Below are positions 19,640 through 28,585 of a stretch of DNA of 33,499 bases, one piece after another. The translations under genes were made by a program, and so were the position numbers. The notes beneath the pieces were generated by a model. The model saw only the letters and a list, made by a program, of their open reading frames with translations, did no database searches and was not told the origin of the DNA. Source of the stretch: a virus. Lineage: Duplodnaviria > Caudoviricetes. Numbering within the stretch: position 1 is the stretch's first letter; each line of letters starts with the position of its first letter. The stretch lies in IMG/VR virus record IMGVR_UViG_3300011334_000408, positions 1 through 33,499 of that record; one strand, written 5' to 3'.

Positions 19640-19666
19640 AAAGGTGGTGTTATCACCACCTTTTTT
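19640..19666 (+). terminator. intrinsic terminator after capsid gene
   Basis: AAAGGTGGTG-TTAT-CACCACCTTT followed by a T-tract. Confidence 0.8.
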
Positions 19667-19682
19667 AATAAATATAAAAATT

Positions 19683-20210
19683 ATGGCTTGTGATTTAACA
19701 CTAGGAAGATTAGAAGATTGTAAGACCTCTGTTGGAGGTTTGAAAGCGGTGTATTTTGTAAATTATGGAGATATGACTACTATTACTTATAACGGAACTA
19801 ATACCGATGTAATTGATGAAGTAGATGGTGCTCCTACTGCTTACAAATATGAATTGAAAGGAACAAATAGTTTTGACCAAAATATTGCAAGTTCAAGAGA
19901 AAACGGAACTACTTTTTTTGACCAAAGTTTAAAACTTCAATTAAAAAAATTAACTCCAAAAGACCACAAAGAATTGAAACTATTAACGTATGCAAGACCT
20001 CAAGTATTAATTGAGGATTACAACGGAAATATATTTTTAGCTGGTTTAGAACATGGAATGGAAGTTACAGGAGGCACTATTGTATCGGGTACTGCTATGG
20101 GAGACCTAAGCGGATATACTTTAGAGTTAAAAGGTATGGAAAGAGTACCAGCTAACTTTTTAGGAGATACACTCGCAGCAGTTGGATTTACAGTTGTTTC
20201 GGGTACTTAA
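19683..20210 (+). CDS. major tail (tube) protein, putative
   Basis: MACDLTLGRLEDCKTSVGG...; ATG at 19683 preferred because the track start lies inside the terminator. Confidence 0.6.
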   Translation: MACDLTLGRLEDCKTSVGGLKAVYFVNYGDMTTITYNGTNTDVIDEVDGAPTAYKYELKGTNSFDQNIASSRENGTTFFDQSLKLQLKKLTPKDHKELKLLTYARPQVLIEDYNGNIFLAGLEHGMEVTGGTIVSGTAMGDLSGYTLELKGMERVPANFLGDTLAAVGFTVVSGT

Positions 20211-20230
20211 TTTTAGATTAAATTAAATTT

Positions 20231-20263
20231 AAAACCTACTAATTAACTTTAGTAGGTTTTTTT
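20231..20263 (+). terminator. intrinsic terminator
   Basis: AAAACCTACTAA/TTAGTAGGTTTT followed by a T-tract. Confidence 0.8.
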
Positions 20264-20265
20264 AT

Positions 20266-20296
20266 AAAACAAAAACGCTATTAATTCGTTATATAA
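20266..20296 (+). promoter_or_regulatory. putative late promoter 3
   Basis: AAAACA-N15-CGTTATATAA; ATG at 20299. Confidence 0.7.
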
Positions 20297-20298
20297 GT

Positions 20299-20643
20299 AT
20301 GATTATATTAAAAGATAATACTTATACGCAAAATATTAAATTCATTCCAAGAAGTGAGGAAGTTTCACTTATGGTTTTCACAGATGAATTATCGAATGTA
20401 AGTTTTGAAATTAACAATCCTATTTTAGTACGAAATAGTTATTTTTTGCAATTTGAAACAGATTTAGACTTTGAATTTTTAGTTGATGGTCATACATATA
20501 CTTTTGAGTGCTTTGATGCGGATGGAATTACTTTATATCGAGATAAAATTATGTGTACCAATCAAAATATTAAAGATTATACAATTAATAATGGTGATTA
20601 TGTGGCAAATCAAACCATAAACGAATACGTTATTTATGAGTAA
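20299..20643 (+). CDS. hypothetical structural protein
   Basis: 114-aa ORF heading the portal operon. Confidence 0.7.
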   Translation: MIILKDNTYTQNIKFIPRSEEVSLMVFTDELSNVSFEINNPILVRNSYFLQFETDLDFEFLVDGHTYTFECFDADGITLYRDKIMCTNQNIKDYTINNGDYVANQTINEYVIYE

Positions 20644-22354
20644 TATACACTTTTTAGAATTAGCAGACTATAAACAACCAGTTATTAGCGAAAATAAGCG
20701 TGAAGAGTGGGTTGATTTTGGCGACGACAACAATTATTATCAGTTTTTAATTGATAGATACAACGGAAGTACTACAAATAATGCAATAATAAATAACATT
20801 TGTAAGCTAATTTATGGAAAAGGATTGACTGCAAACGATGCTCAAAGAAAGCCAAACGAATACGCCCAAATGGTTAAGCTATTTTCAAAGGAAACTTTGA
20901 GAAAAATAGTAAAAGATTTGAAGTTGTTAGGAGAGTTCAATTTACAATTAATCTATAACGATAAAAAATCAGCTATTTTAAGAGTTGAACATTTGCCTAC
21001 TAATTTAGTTCGTGCTGAAAAATGCAATAAAGAAGGAGAAATTGAAGCTATTTACTATTCTGACAATTGGGAAGACACTAAAAAATTTCAACCTAAAAGA
21101 ATACCTTTATTTGGGTTCGGAAGTAATGGAGATAAATTAGAGGTTTTAAGAGTAGGAAACTATACAATAGGACAAAAGTATTATTCTAATGTAGATTATT
21201 TAGGAGGCTTAAGCTATTCAACTTTAGAAGAAGAAATATCAAACTATTTGATTAATGAAGTTCAAAATGGATTTAGTGGAACAAAAGTTGTAAACTTTAA
21301 TAATGGAGTTCCAACGAAAGAACAACAGCAAATCATACAATCAAAAGTAAAATCCACATTAACGGGTTCAAAAGGTAAAAAGGTAATTGTTGCTTTTAAT
21401 TCTGACGAAACTAAAAAGACTACAATAGATGACATTCCTTTAAATGATGCTCCTGAACATTACAAATATTTGTCAGATGAATGTTTGGCTAAAATTATGC
21501 TTTCTCACAATGTTACAAGTCCTTTACTTTTTGGGATTGCTACAACAACAGGATTTTCAAGTAATGCTGACGAACTTAAAAACTCTTATATCTTATTTGA
21601 GAATATGGTTATCAAACCATTTCAAGAAACTATTTTCGACGGATTGGATAAAATATTAGCTTTTAACGGTATTAGTTTAGATTTATCGTTTAAGCAATTG
21701 CAACCTTTAGACTCTGATGGTGATTTAACAAAAGTAGTTGAAAATCCAACTCAATTAAGTTCACATATCGACGAAATAGATTTATCAAAATTTGGAGAAG
21801 AAATTGATTTAACAGAGTGGGAATTAGTAGATAGTAGAATTGTGAATTACGAAGATGAGCAAAGACTTGATGCCGAATTATTCGCTTTAAATAATCCTAA
21901 AAAATCATTATTAAGCAAAGTTTACGAGTTTGTAAGCACAGGAACTGCAAGACCAAACGCAAAAAGTGAGCAAGATGGAGAACTTTTTAAAAGTCGATAC
22001 AGATATACTGGTGAAGTAAGCGAAAATTCAAGAGCATTTTGTAAAAAAATGTTATCTGCTAACAAGGTATATCGTAAAGAAGATATTATAAATATGGGTT
22101 CTCAAGAAGTTAATGCTGGCTTTGGTCCTGAAGGAGCTAATACTTATGATATATTTTTATACAAAGGCGGAGGTGCTTGTTATCATTTTTGGACTCGTGA
22201 AACATACAGAAAAAAAGCGGATGTAAATAACCCTTTAGCAGAACAAATTACACCATCACAAGCGAGAAAAGCAGGAGAAATTTTACCAACAAATAACCCT
22301 TTAGTATATCAAAAACCGATTGATATGCCAAATAAAGGATTTTTACCTAAATAA
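20636..22354 (+). CDS. portal protein with C-terminal MuF/minor-head-like extension
   Basis: Portal-like core (IMLSHNVTSPLLFGI, VIKPFQ); tail SRAFC...GGGACYHFW. Confidence 0.7.
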   Translation: MSNIHFLELADYKQPVISENKREEWVDFGDDNNYYQFLIDRYNGSTTNNAIINNICKLIYGKGLTANDAQRKPNEYAQMVKLFSKETLRKIVKDLKLLGEFNLQLIYNDKKSAILRVEHLPTNLVRAEKCNKEGEIEAIYYSDNWEDTKKFQPKRIPLFGFGSNGDKLEVLRVGNYTIGQKYYSNVDYLGGLSYSTLEEEISNYLINEVQNGFSGTKVVNFNNGVPTKEQQQIIQSKVKSTLTGSKGKKVIVAFNSDETKKTTIDDIPLNDAPEHYKYLSDECLAKIMLSHNVTSPLLFGIATTTGFSSNADELKNSYILFENMVIKPFQETIFDGLDKILAFNGISLDLSFKQLQPLDSDGDLTKVVENPTQLSSHIDEIDLSKFGEEIDLTEWELVDSRIVNYEDEQRLDAELFALNNPKKSLLSKVYEFVSTGTARPNAKSEQDGELFKSRYRYTGEVSENSRAFCKKMLSANKVYRKEDIINMGSQEVNAGFGPEGANTYDIFLYKGGGACYHFWTRETYRKKADVNNPLAEQITPSQARKAGEILPTNNPLVYQKPIDMPNKGFLPK

Positions 22355-22355
22355 A

Positions 22356-22853
22356 ATGAAAGCATTATTTATAACACGAGATGATTTAGTAAAATATACC
22401 GCTTTGAATGGTAATATTGATACAGATACATTTATTCAGTACATTATCATAGCGCAAGATTTGCATATTCAAAACTATTTAGGAACAAGACTTTTCAAAA
22501 AGTTTAACGATGGGATTGTAGATAATAATTTAACTCAAACTTACAAAGACCTTTTAACAGATTATATTAAACCGATGTTAATACATTGGGCAATGGTTGA
22601 GTTTTTACCTTTCAGTGCTTATACAATAGCAAATAAAGGCGTATTCAAACATACAAGCGAAAACGCAACAAGCGTAGATAAGTCTGAAGTTGATTATTTA
22701 GTTGAGAAAGAGCGAAGTGTTGCAAATCATTATACTACAAGATTTGTAGATTATATGTGTTTTAATCAGTCAAGTTTTCCCGAATATAATTTAAATAGTA
22801 ATGGAAATATGTTTCCTGATAGTGAATCAAATTTTTACGGATGGGTACTATAA
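22356..22853 (+). CDS. putative head-tail adaptor
   Basis: Helical protein directly after the portal; ATG at 22356 preferred. Confidence 0.5.
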   Translation: MKALFITRDDLVKYTALNGNIDTDTFIQYIIIAQDLHIQNYLGTRLFKKFNDGIVDNNLTQTYKDLLTDYIKPMLIHWAMVEFLPFSAYTIANKGVFKHTSENATSVDKSEVDYLVEKERSVANHYTTRFVDYMCFNQSSFPEYNLNSNGNMFPDSESNFYGWVL

Positions 22854-22957
22854 GAAAAATGAACTTAATTTCGCAAAAACAAAACGAAGTTAAACTAAAA
22901 AAATTTTTAAAAAAATTAGAAAAAAATGAGCCTAAACTTTCAACACATAAAAGGTGA
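22841..22957 (+). CDS. small basic hypothetical protein (38 aa)
   Basis: Bridges the gap and overlaps both neighbours. Confidence 0.35.
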   Translation: MGTIRKMNLISQKQNEVKLKKFLKKLEKNEPKLSTHKR

Positions 22958-23261
22958 TACATTTGAAGCAGTTAATTTTCAAATAAATGAAAATGGTGAT
23001 GCTTTAGATTTAGCACAAGCTGTTATAAAAATGCAATTGCGTAAAGAATGCGGAGGCGTTATAGCACTTTCTTTAACCTCTGTAGATAATGATGGATTGA
23101 CAATTGTAAACACAAGTTCTGGAGAATTTAAGATTAATGAGCAAATTATTAATATAAATTCGGGCAACTATTTATACGATATAGAAATAACTTTTAGAAC
23201 AGGCGTAAAAAAAACGTGGATTAGCGGACAATTTAATGTAACTTGTGATATAACGAGATAA
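22926..23261 (+). CDS. BppU-N-like fibre attachment protein
   Basis: KGDTF...MQLR...GNYLYDIEI...TWISG pattern. Confidence 0.6.
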   Translation: MSLNFQHIKGDTFEAVNFQINENGDALDLAQAVIKMQLRKECGGVIALSLTSVDNDGLTIVNTSSGEFKINEQIININSGNYLYDIEITFRTGVKKTWISGQFNVTCDITR

Positions 23262-25117
23262 TGAGCGATACTATTGATATAAATGTTTACGAAACAACTG
23301 AAGAAGTTACTATTAATGTAACTCCTAATGTTATTGAAGTTAATATAAATAAGATTACAGGCGGTGGAGGAGGTACTCAAACACTTGCACAAACTTTAGA
23401 TTTAGGCAACCAAACAGGAGGAGAAAACATTTTAATAAACAATGCAGACGCTATTGAGTTAGAAAACACTTCTTCGCTTCAAAAAGGTACTTATAACTTC
23501 GGGGGAAATGGTGGTATTTCAAGAATATGCTCAAACAATTATGAGGATATGTGGCAAAATGGATTTCGTCACGTATTCGACCAAAGTGGATTTATTCGTA
23601 ATTCTACTAATTGTTTCGATATAGTTCCCGATACTTCTTTTGATGTTACTTTACGTTTTAAAGTTGGTTCTATTTGGACTTTAGACGACGGAACAAGTTA
23701 TATTTGTACAGATGCAACAGAGGGCGCAGCAGTTTGGGAAATTTATAATTCAATTAGTAATTTAGTACCATATACAGGAGCAAATGATGATGTTGATTTA
23801 GGAGAATTTGCATTAAAAGCTGGTCAGATAGAATTAGACACAACACCAACTGGAACTGCTGGAGTTGCAGTTACAAGATGGAACGATACAATAGGTAGTT
23901 CAGAAACTACTTTAAAAGGCGGAAACGTTATATTAAAAAATGGAATTGATTTAGTTGCAAGAGTTGTAAATAAAGTAACACCTAATACTACATTAACAAA
24001 AGCAAATTATCAAGTTGTAAGAATAAGCGGAGCGCAAGGTCAAAGATTAGCAGTAAATTTAGCACAAGCAAATAATGATAATAATTCAGCAGATACTTTA
24101 GGAATTGTTACTGAAACAATAGCTACAAATCAAGAAGGTTTTATTATTACATTTGGTCAGTTAGAAGGTATTAATACAACAGGAAGTATACAATCTGAAA
24201 CGTGGGTTGATGGTGATGTATTATATCTTTCTCCTACTACCGCTGGTAAAATTACAAATATAAAACCAACAGGAGCAACAGGACATATAGTTGTTTTAGG
24301 TTATGTAGAATATTCTCACGCAGTTAATGGAAAGATTTATGTAAAAATAATGAATGGTTGGGAATTAGACGAACTTCATAATGTATATATTACAAGCGTT
24401 GCAGATAAACAATTATTGTCTTATGATAATGCAACAAGTATTTGGAAAAATAAAAGCGTTACAACCGCTGATATTTCAGATAGCACAAATAAACGATATG
24501 TTACCGATACTAATTTAACAACTATTGGAAATACAAGCGGAACTAACACTGGTGATGAAACTGGTTCAACTATTAGAACAAAGTTAGGAATTACAACTTT
24601 GTCGGGTTCAAATACTGGCGACGAAACTAGTTCAACAATAGCATCAAAAATTGGTTTTTTACCTTTCAAGTTTGTACAAACTTCGCAAACTGCTCACACT
24701 GGAACAACTGCTGAAACAATTATAGCAACAGCAACAATAAATGGAGGAACTTTTAGCGCTTCTGATGTTATGAAAGTTTTGTATGGATTGAACAAAGGAA
24801 CTACAACATCGGGAGCAAGTTTGAGAATTAGAATAAATACATCAAACACACTTACAGGAGCGACTTTAATTGGTGGATTTAATGTAACATCAACTGCATC
24901 TGCTACTAATTTTAAACGTAATTTTATGCTAAATGGTGGTAACTTATATGGTGTTAATTTTGCTGTTACATCATCTGTTAATGATGAATCAAATATTGGG
25001 GCTGCTTATAATAATACAACTTATAACACCGCAAACACTTTATATGTTTTTTTTACAATACAACTTATAACTTCGGCTGATAGTGTAACTCCTAACTTAT
25101 TTAATATTACTAATTAA
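23261..25117 (+). CDS. tail fibre / receptor-binding protein
   Basis: Thr/Gly-rich and mosaic; ELDELHNV motif and NTGDET repeats. Confidence 0.75.
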   Translation: MSDTIDINVYETTEEVTINVTPNVIEVNINKITGGGGGTQTLAQTLDLGNQTGGENILINNADAIELENTSSLQKGTYNFGGNGGISRICSNNYEDMWQNGFRHVFDQSGFIRNSTNCFDIVPDTSFDVTLRFKVGSIWTLDDGTSYICTDATEGAAVWEIYNSISNLVPYTGANDDVDLGEFALKAGQIELDTTPTGTAGVAVTRWNDTIGSSETTLKGGNVILKNGIDLVARVVNKVTPNTTLTKANYQVVRISGAQGQRLAVNLAQANNDNNSADTLGIVTETIATNQEGFIITFGQLEGINTTGSIQSETWVDGDVLYLSPTTAGKITNIKPTGATGHIVVLGYVEYSHAVNGKIYVKIMNGWELDELHNVYITSVADKQLLSYDNATSIWKNKSVTTADISDSTNKRYVTDTNLTTIGNTSGTNTGDETGSTIRTKLGITTLSGSNTGDETSSTIASKIGFLPFKFVQTSQTAHTGTTAETIIATATINGGTFSASDVMKVLYGLNKGTTTSGASLRIRINTSNTLTGATLIGGFNVTSTASATNFKRNFMLNGGNLYGVNFAVTSSVNDESNIGAAYNNTTYNTANTLYVFFTIQLITSADSVTPNLFNITN

Positions 25118-25266
25118 TGATAACAATAATTGATAAGAACACAGAAGAAGTGCTTTATTCAACTAATTTTGAAGTTGAACTATTAGAAAACGAAGTAGCG
25201 GTTGATGGTTTAAGTGGCGATTTCACGCATTATAATTTAGTAACTAATGAATTTTATAGTTTATGA
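25117..25266 (+). CDS. small acidic protein, possible fibre chaperone (49 aa)
   Basis: MITIIDKNTEEVLYS...; coupled at both ends. Confidence 0.55.
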   Translation: MITIIDKNTEEVLYSTNFEVELLENEVAVDGLSGDFTHYNLVTNEFYSL

Positions 25267-25526
25267 AAAACTTTATAAAAAACAATTACGATAGGCACGT
25301 GCTTTACACATTTATAATATTCTTTTTTGCGCTTTTTAAAATGGATTTAAAAGATGCTGAATGGTTCGGAGTGCTATTTATTTCTACATTATTTGCTTTT
25401 ATTTTAAATTTAGGTAGAGAAATGTATTACGAGAAATTTCACGAAGCACCTTTCGATATTTATGATGCTATTTATGGCGGATTAGGTGGCGCAATAGCTG
25501 GTATAATGTTTATACTTTTTCAATAA
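25263..25526 (+). CDS. membrane protein
   Basis: Three hydrophobic segments. Confidence 0.65.
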   Translation: MKNFIKNNYDRHVLYTFIIFFFALFKMDLKDAEWFGVLFISTLFAFILNLGREMYYEKFHEAPFDIYDAIYGGLGGAIAGIMFILFQ

Positions 25527-25711
25527 TGAGTAGAGAACAATTAGACAAAATATTAAGCAAGTGGATAAGCCGAAAGCTATTAGTTTGGATATTTGCTACA
25601 ATATTTGTCGCTTTTAAAATAATAACATCAACTGATTGGTTAGTTATTTCTTCAATATATTTAGGAACAGAAACCGCTTTATCAGTAATAGAAAAATATA
25701 CGAATAAATAA
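25526..25711 (+). CDS. putative holin
   Basis: SRKLLV followed by two TM segments; lysis-region context. Confidence 0.55.
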   Translation: MSREQLDKILSKWISRKLLVWIFATIFVAFKIITSTDWLVISSIYLGTETALSVIEKYTNK

Positions 25712-25723
25712 TACCCTTACAGA

Positions 25724-26026
25724 ATGACAGAATTAAGCAAAGTTACCGCAGAAATTGAACGCATACGCCATCACCAAGATTTACAAAAGAAAGTAAACGA
25801 GGAAAACTCTAAAATATTACTTGAAATAAAAACCGCTTTAGTAGGTTCTGAAATGAATAATCATAAAGGTGTAGTTTCTCAATTAAAAGAAATAGACGAC
25901 AGAGTTGAAGATTTAGAGGAGTTTAAAGGCGAAGTAAATGTTTATGTAAAACAAGCTAAATTTGTAGTTGGTGCTTTAGTTGTTCTTTTATTAGGTATAT
26001 TTGCTAAACTATTTAATTTAAAATAA
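25724..26026 (+). CDS. coiled-coil protein with C-terminal TM (lysis accessory)
   Basis: Coiled coil followed by FVVGALVVLLLGIF. Confidence 0.6.
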   Translation: MTELSKVTAEIERIRHHQDLQKKVNEENSKILLEIKTALVGSEMNNHKGVVSQLKEIDDRVEDLEEFKGEVNVYVKQAKFVVGALVVLLLGIFAKLFNLK

Positions 26027-26027
26027 T

Positions 26028-26195
26028 ATGAAAAAACTAATTAGAGTGTATTTTTGGATAGGTGTAAATGTAATAGGAATACCTGAGTTATTTATCCATA
26101 AGTTAAAACCTACTACATTTGTAGAAAATAGTATTTTTTTAGGAGAACAAAGAACAAACGTTTATTTATTTAATCAATCTTTAGAATTGTTATGA
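26028..26195 (+). CDS. hypothetical protein (55 aa)
   Basis: ATGA overlap with the endolysin gene. Confidence 0.5.
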   Translation: MKKLIRVYFWIGVNVIGIPELFIHKLKPTTFVENSIFLGEQRTNVYLFNQSLELL

Positions 26196-26656
26196 TAACA
26201 ACAACACAAGCTACTCAAAAATACGGAATACCTAGTAAAAATCCAAACTATTTAACTACTTTAAATCTACCTTATCCAATGCGTTTAAGTTGGGATAAAA
26301 ACATTAAAGTAAATAAAATACAATGTCATAAATTAGTAGCTGATAAATTAAGTAAAATATTTGAAGAAATATTACTTGTTTATGGTTATGATAAAATTTT
26401 TGAGTTAGGAATTGATTTGTTTGGTGGTTGTTTTAATTTTCGTGCAATGCGTGGCGGAACTGCACCGAGCAGACATAGTTGGGGAATAGCTATTGACCTT
26501 GACCCTGAAAGAAATCAATTAAAAGAAACTTCCTCTACTGCAAGATTTGCAAGACCAGAATATAAACCAATGATTGATATTTTCTATAAACACGGATTTA
26601 TTTCTTTAGGACGTGAAAAGAATTATGATTGGATGCATTTTGAAGTTAAAGAATAA
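26192..26656 (+). CDS. endolysin, M15-family Zn peptidase
   Basis: [10 protein letters not shown] (SxHxxGxAxD) and DWMHFE motifs. Confidence 0.88.
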   Translation: MITTTQATQKYGIPSKNPNYLTTLNLPYPMRLSWDKNIKVNKIQCHKLVADKLSKIFEEILLVYGYDKIFELGIDLFGGCFNFRAMRGGTAPSRHSWGIAIDLDPERNQLKETSSTARFARPEYKPMIDIFYKHGFISLGREKNYDWMHFEVKE

Positions 26657-26687
26657 CGCCACCTCATAATCTCAGTATTATGAACCT

Positions 26688-26709
26688 GCTCCTTATGGGA
26701 GCTTTTTTT
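26688..26709 (+). terminator. intrinsic terminator after endolysin
   Basis: GCTCC-TTATG-GGAGC followed by T7. Confidence 0.75.
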
Positions 26710-26727
26710 ATTTATAATCATTATAAA
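26708..26727. promoter_or_regulatory. palindromic operator-like site, copy 1
   Basis: TTATTTATAATCATTATAAA; 19/20 identical to the copy at 31541-31560. Confidence 0.45.
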
Positions 26728-26736
26728 CTACACTAT

Positions 26737-26770
26737 TTTGTTATTAATATCAAAATAAATATTATATTTG
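26737..26770 (+). promoter_or_regulatory. promoter reading into the cassette array (Pc-like)
   Basis: TATATTTG at 26763-26770 and TTTG at 26737-26740; ends 9 nt before the first TAAC. Confidence 0.65.
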
Positions 26771-26779
26771 TAAAAGAAT

Positions 26780-26908
26780 TAACGTTCCCGTGCTTGGCGA
26801 GGTTCAAGGAAAGTAAATCCAGATGCTTTGAGTCAAGACTGAAATTAACAAACACAAACAGAATTTTAAATTAATAACTAAACCTTGAATCTTGCCAAAC
26901 ACGTGTTA
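26780..26908 (+). repeat. attC-like hairpin E1 (129 bp)
   Basis: TAAC-gttcc-CGTGCTTGGCGAGGTTCAAGG...CCTTGAATCTTGCCAAACACG-t-GTTA. Confidence 0.85.
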
Positions 26909-26980
26909 TAAGTAGTTGCGGTTAATTAGTAGGATTTTAAATTGAAACAATAAACAAAAAATAATTAAAACAAAAAAGCG

Positions 26981-27370
26981 ATGGATATTAAAGAATTTAC
27001 ATTTACTGGCTTCATAAAAATTGATTGGAGCGAAGATTTTAAAACTATCAAACTTATTGATGACAAAAAATCAATTGACCTTGTAAAAAAGTTTAGGGCA
27101 ATTTTTGATTTGTTTGAAAGCGAAGTTTCTGTTTCGTATTTCATTTCAAACGATAAAAAGACAGAAGTAGAAATACAAGAAGGCTGGTTAAAACAAATGT
27201 TTGGCGGAATAACTGCTGAATACGAAACAAGTAGCTACAACTACTCATCTTATACTTATGGTACAGATTATGACACTTATTTAAAAATTGGCGGACACGA
27301 TTTGTTTGACGAGTTTTCAGAACTAAACGATAAATGGTGTGTACTTAAAGTAAATGTAAAATGTGCGTAG
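26981..27370 (+). CDS. cassette 1 cargo, hypothetical protein
   Basis: 129-aa ORF within the inverted repeat at 26905-26919/27425-27439. Confidence 0.75.
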   Translation: MDIKEFTFTGFIKIDWSEDFKTIKLIDDKKSIDLVKKFRAIFDLFESEVSVSYFISNDKKTEVEIQEGWLKQMFGGITAEYETSSYNYSSYTYGTDYDTYLKIGGHDLFDEFSELNDKWCVLKVNVKCA

Positions 27371-27435
27371 GCTTTTGTTTTAATTATTTTTTGAAACGAA
27401 ATGTCAATTTGAAAACGGATGGGAGCAATTACTTA

Positions 27436-27506
27436 TAACGTTTTGGTGCTTGACGATGTGGCGGTCTGGAAATAGTACGTTCCGCCATATTGCCAAACAC
27501 TTGTTA
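27436..27506 (+). repeat. attC-like hairpin E2 (71 bp)
   Basis: TAAC-gttttg-GTGCTTGACGATGTGGCGG...CCGCCATATTGCCAAACAC-tt-GTTA. Confidence 0.85.
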
Positions 27507-27542
27507 TAAGCCGTTTATTTTATAAACTTTAAAATTATAATT

Positions 27543-27719
27543 ATGAAATATATATCATTTATTTTAATAACATTATGGGCTCTTTGGATGCTTGGAACAA
27601 ATGGAAATTTAAAACCTTCCGACAATTATTTTTTATGGATTTTAGGTGTTTTATCCATAATGTATTCGGTCATTAACTTGATTATCTTTTATGTAGATAT
27701 TCGTAAAAATGGCTTATAA
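27543..27719 (+). CDS. cassette 2 cargo, 58-aa two-TM membrane protein (not in ORF track)
   Basis: MKYISFILITLWALWMLG...FLWILGVLSIMYSVINLIIFY...; its stop is the TAA of the TAAC core. Confidence 0.7.
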   Translation: MKYISFILITLWALWMLGTNGNLKPSDNYFLWILGVLSIMYSVINLIIFYVDIRKNGL

Positions 27720-27843
27720 CGTTTTGTGGCTTTGCGTTCGTTGGGGATTTCCAGCACTAAAGCCGATTGATAGTACAAATTTTAAATATAGCACAAATGA
27801 TTATAGATAGCACTAAAGCCCCAATGACGCAAAACCACTGTTA
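27717..27843 (+). repeat. attC-like hairpin E3 (127 bp)
   Basis: TAAC-gtttt-GTGGCTTTGCGTTCGTTGGGG...CCCCAATGACGCAAAACCAC-t-GTTA. Confidence 0.85.
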
Positions 27844-28480
27844 TACGCAGCCCTTTTCAGAAGTTTTCAATGATGATTGTATTACGGTTATGAAGAGTTA
27901 TCCTGACAAATTCTTTGACCTTGCAGTAGTTGACCCACCTTATGGGATTGGAGCAAACAAAATGCAACTTGGCAATGGTAAAAGAAAGATTTACAGAGGC
28001 AAAAATGATTGGGATAACTCAATCCCTACTGCTGATTATTGGCAGGAACTTTTCAGAGTATCTAAAAACCAAATTGTGTGGGGTGGCAATTATATGACAG
28101 AACACCTGAAGCCAACTTCATCTTGGTTATTTTGGGATAAGGGAACTGGAGATAATGATTTTGCAGATGGGGAATTGGCTTGGACTTCATTTGGTGGAGC
28201 ATTGCGAAAAATAACCAAGAGTTGGGTTGGTGCAAATGCTAAAGATGGACTTGAACGAATACATCCAACGCAGAAACCCATTTATTTATATGATTGGATT
28301 TTTGACCGATATTGCAAAGAAGGAGATTTGGTTTTAGATACTCATTTGGGGAGTGCCAGCAGTAGGATTTCAGCAGATAAAGCCAAGTTGCGTTTTGTTG
28401 GTTGTGAAATAGATACTAAATATTTTAATGATGGAGAAGCAAGGTTCAAAGATTTTGTTTCACAGATGCGGCTCTTTTAG
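27797..28480 (+). CDS. cassette 3 cargo, N6-adenine/N4-cytosine DNA methyltransferase (beta class)
   Basis: DPPY precedes HPTQKP and motif I LDTHLGSASS; start ATG at 27797 or 27824 lies inside E3. Confidence 0.9.
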   Translation: MIIDSTKAPMTQNHCYTQPFSEVFNDDCITVMKSYPDKFFDLAVVDPPYGIGANKMQLGNGKRKIYRGKNDWDNSIPTADYWQELFRVSKNQIVWGGNYMTEHLKPTSSWLFWDKGTGDNDFADGELAWTSFGGALRKITKSWVGANAKDGLERIHPTQKPIYLYDWIFDRYCKEGDLVLDTHLGSASSRISADKAKLRFVGCEIDTKYFNDGEARFKDFVSQMRLF

Positions 28481-28489
28481 GGTTGCGTA

Positions 28490-28547
28490 TAACGGTTGCG
28501 GGTATGGGCTGGCGGCTTTTTCTGCCGCTTGCTTATACCCGATGTTA
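28490..28547 (+). repeat. attC-like hairpin E4 (58 bp)
   Basis: TAAC-ggttg-CGGGTATGGGCTGGCGGC-tttttct-GCCGCTTGCTTATACCCG-at-GTTA. Confidence 0.85.
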
Positions 28548-28585
28548 CCAGCTGGCACGGATTATTAACAACAAAAGCTAATTAG

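Noticed and set aside
23261-25117. Diversity-generating retroelement targeting the fibre
   Set aside because: There is no reverse transcriptase and no TR/VR pair. E1/E5 differences are not adenine-specific.
26680-26874. 64-aa ORF in the track
   Set aside because: It runs across a terminator, a promoter and hairpin E1, so it is probably spurious.
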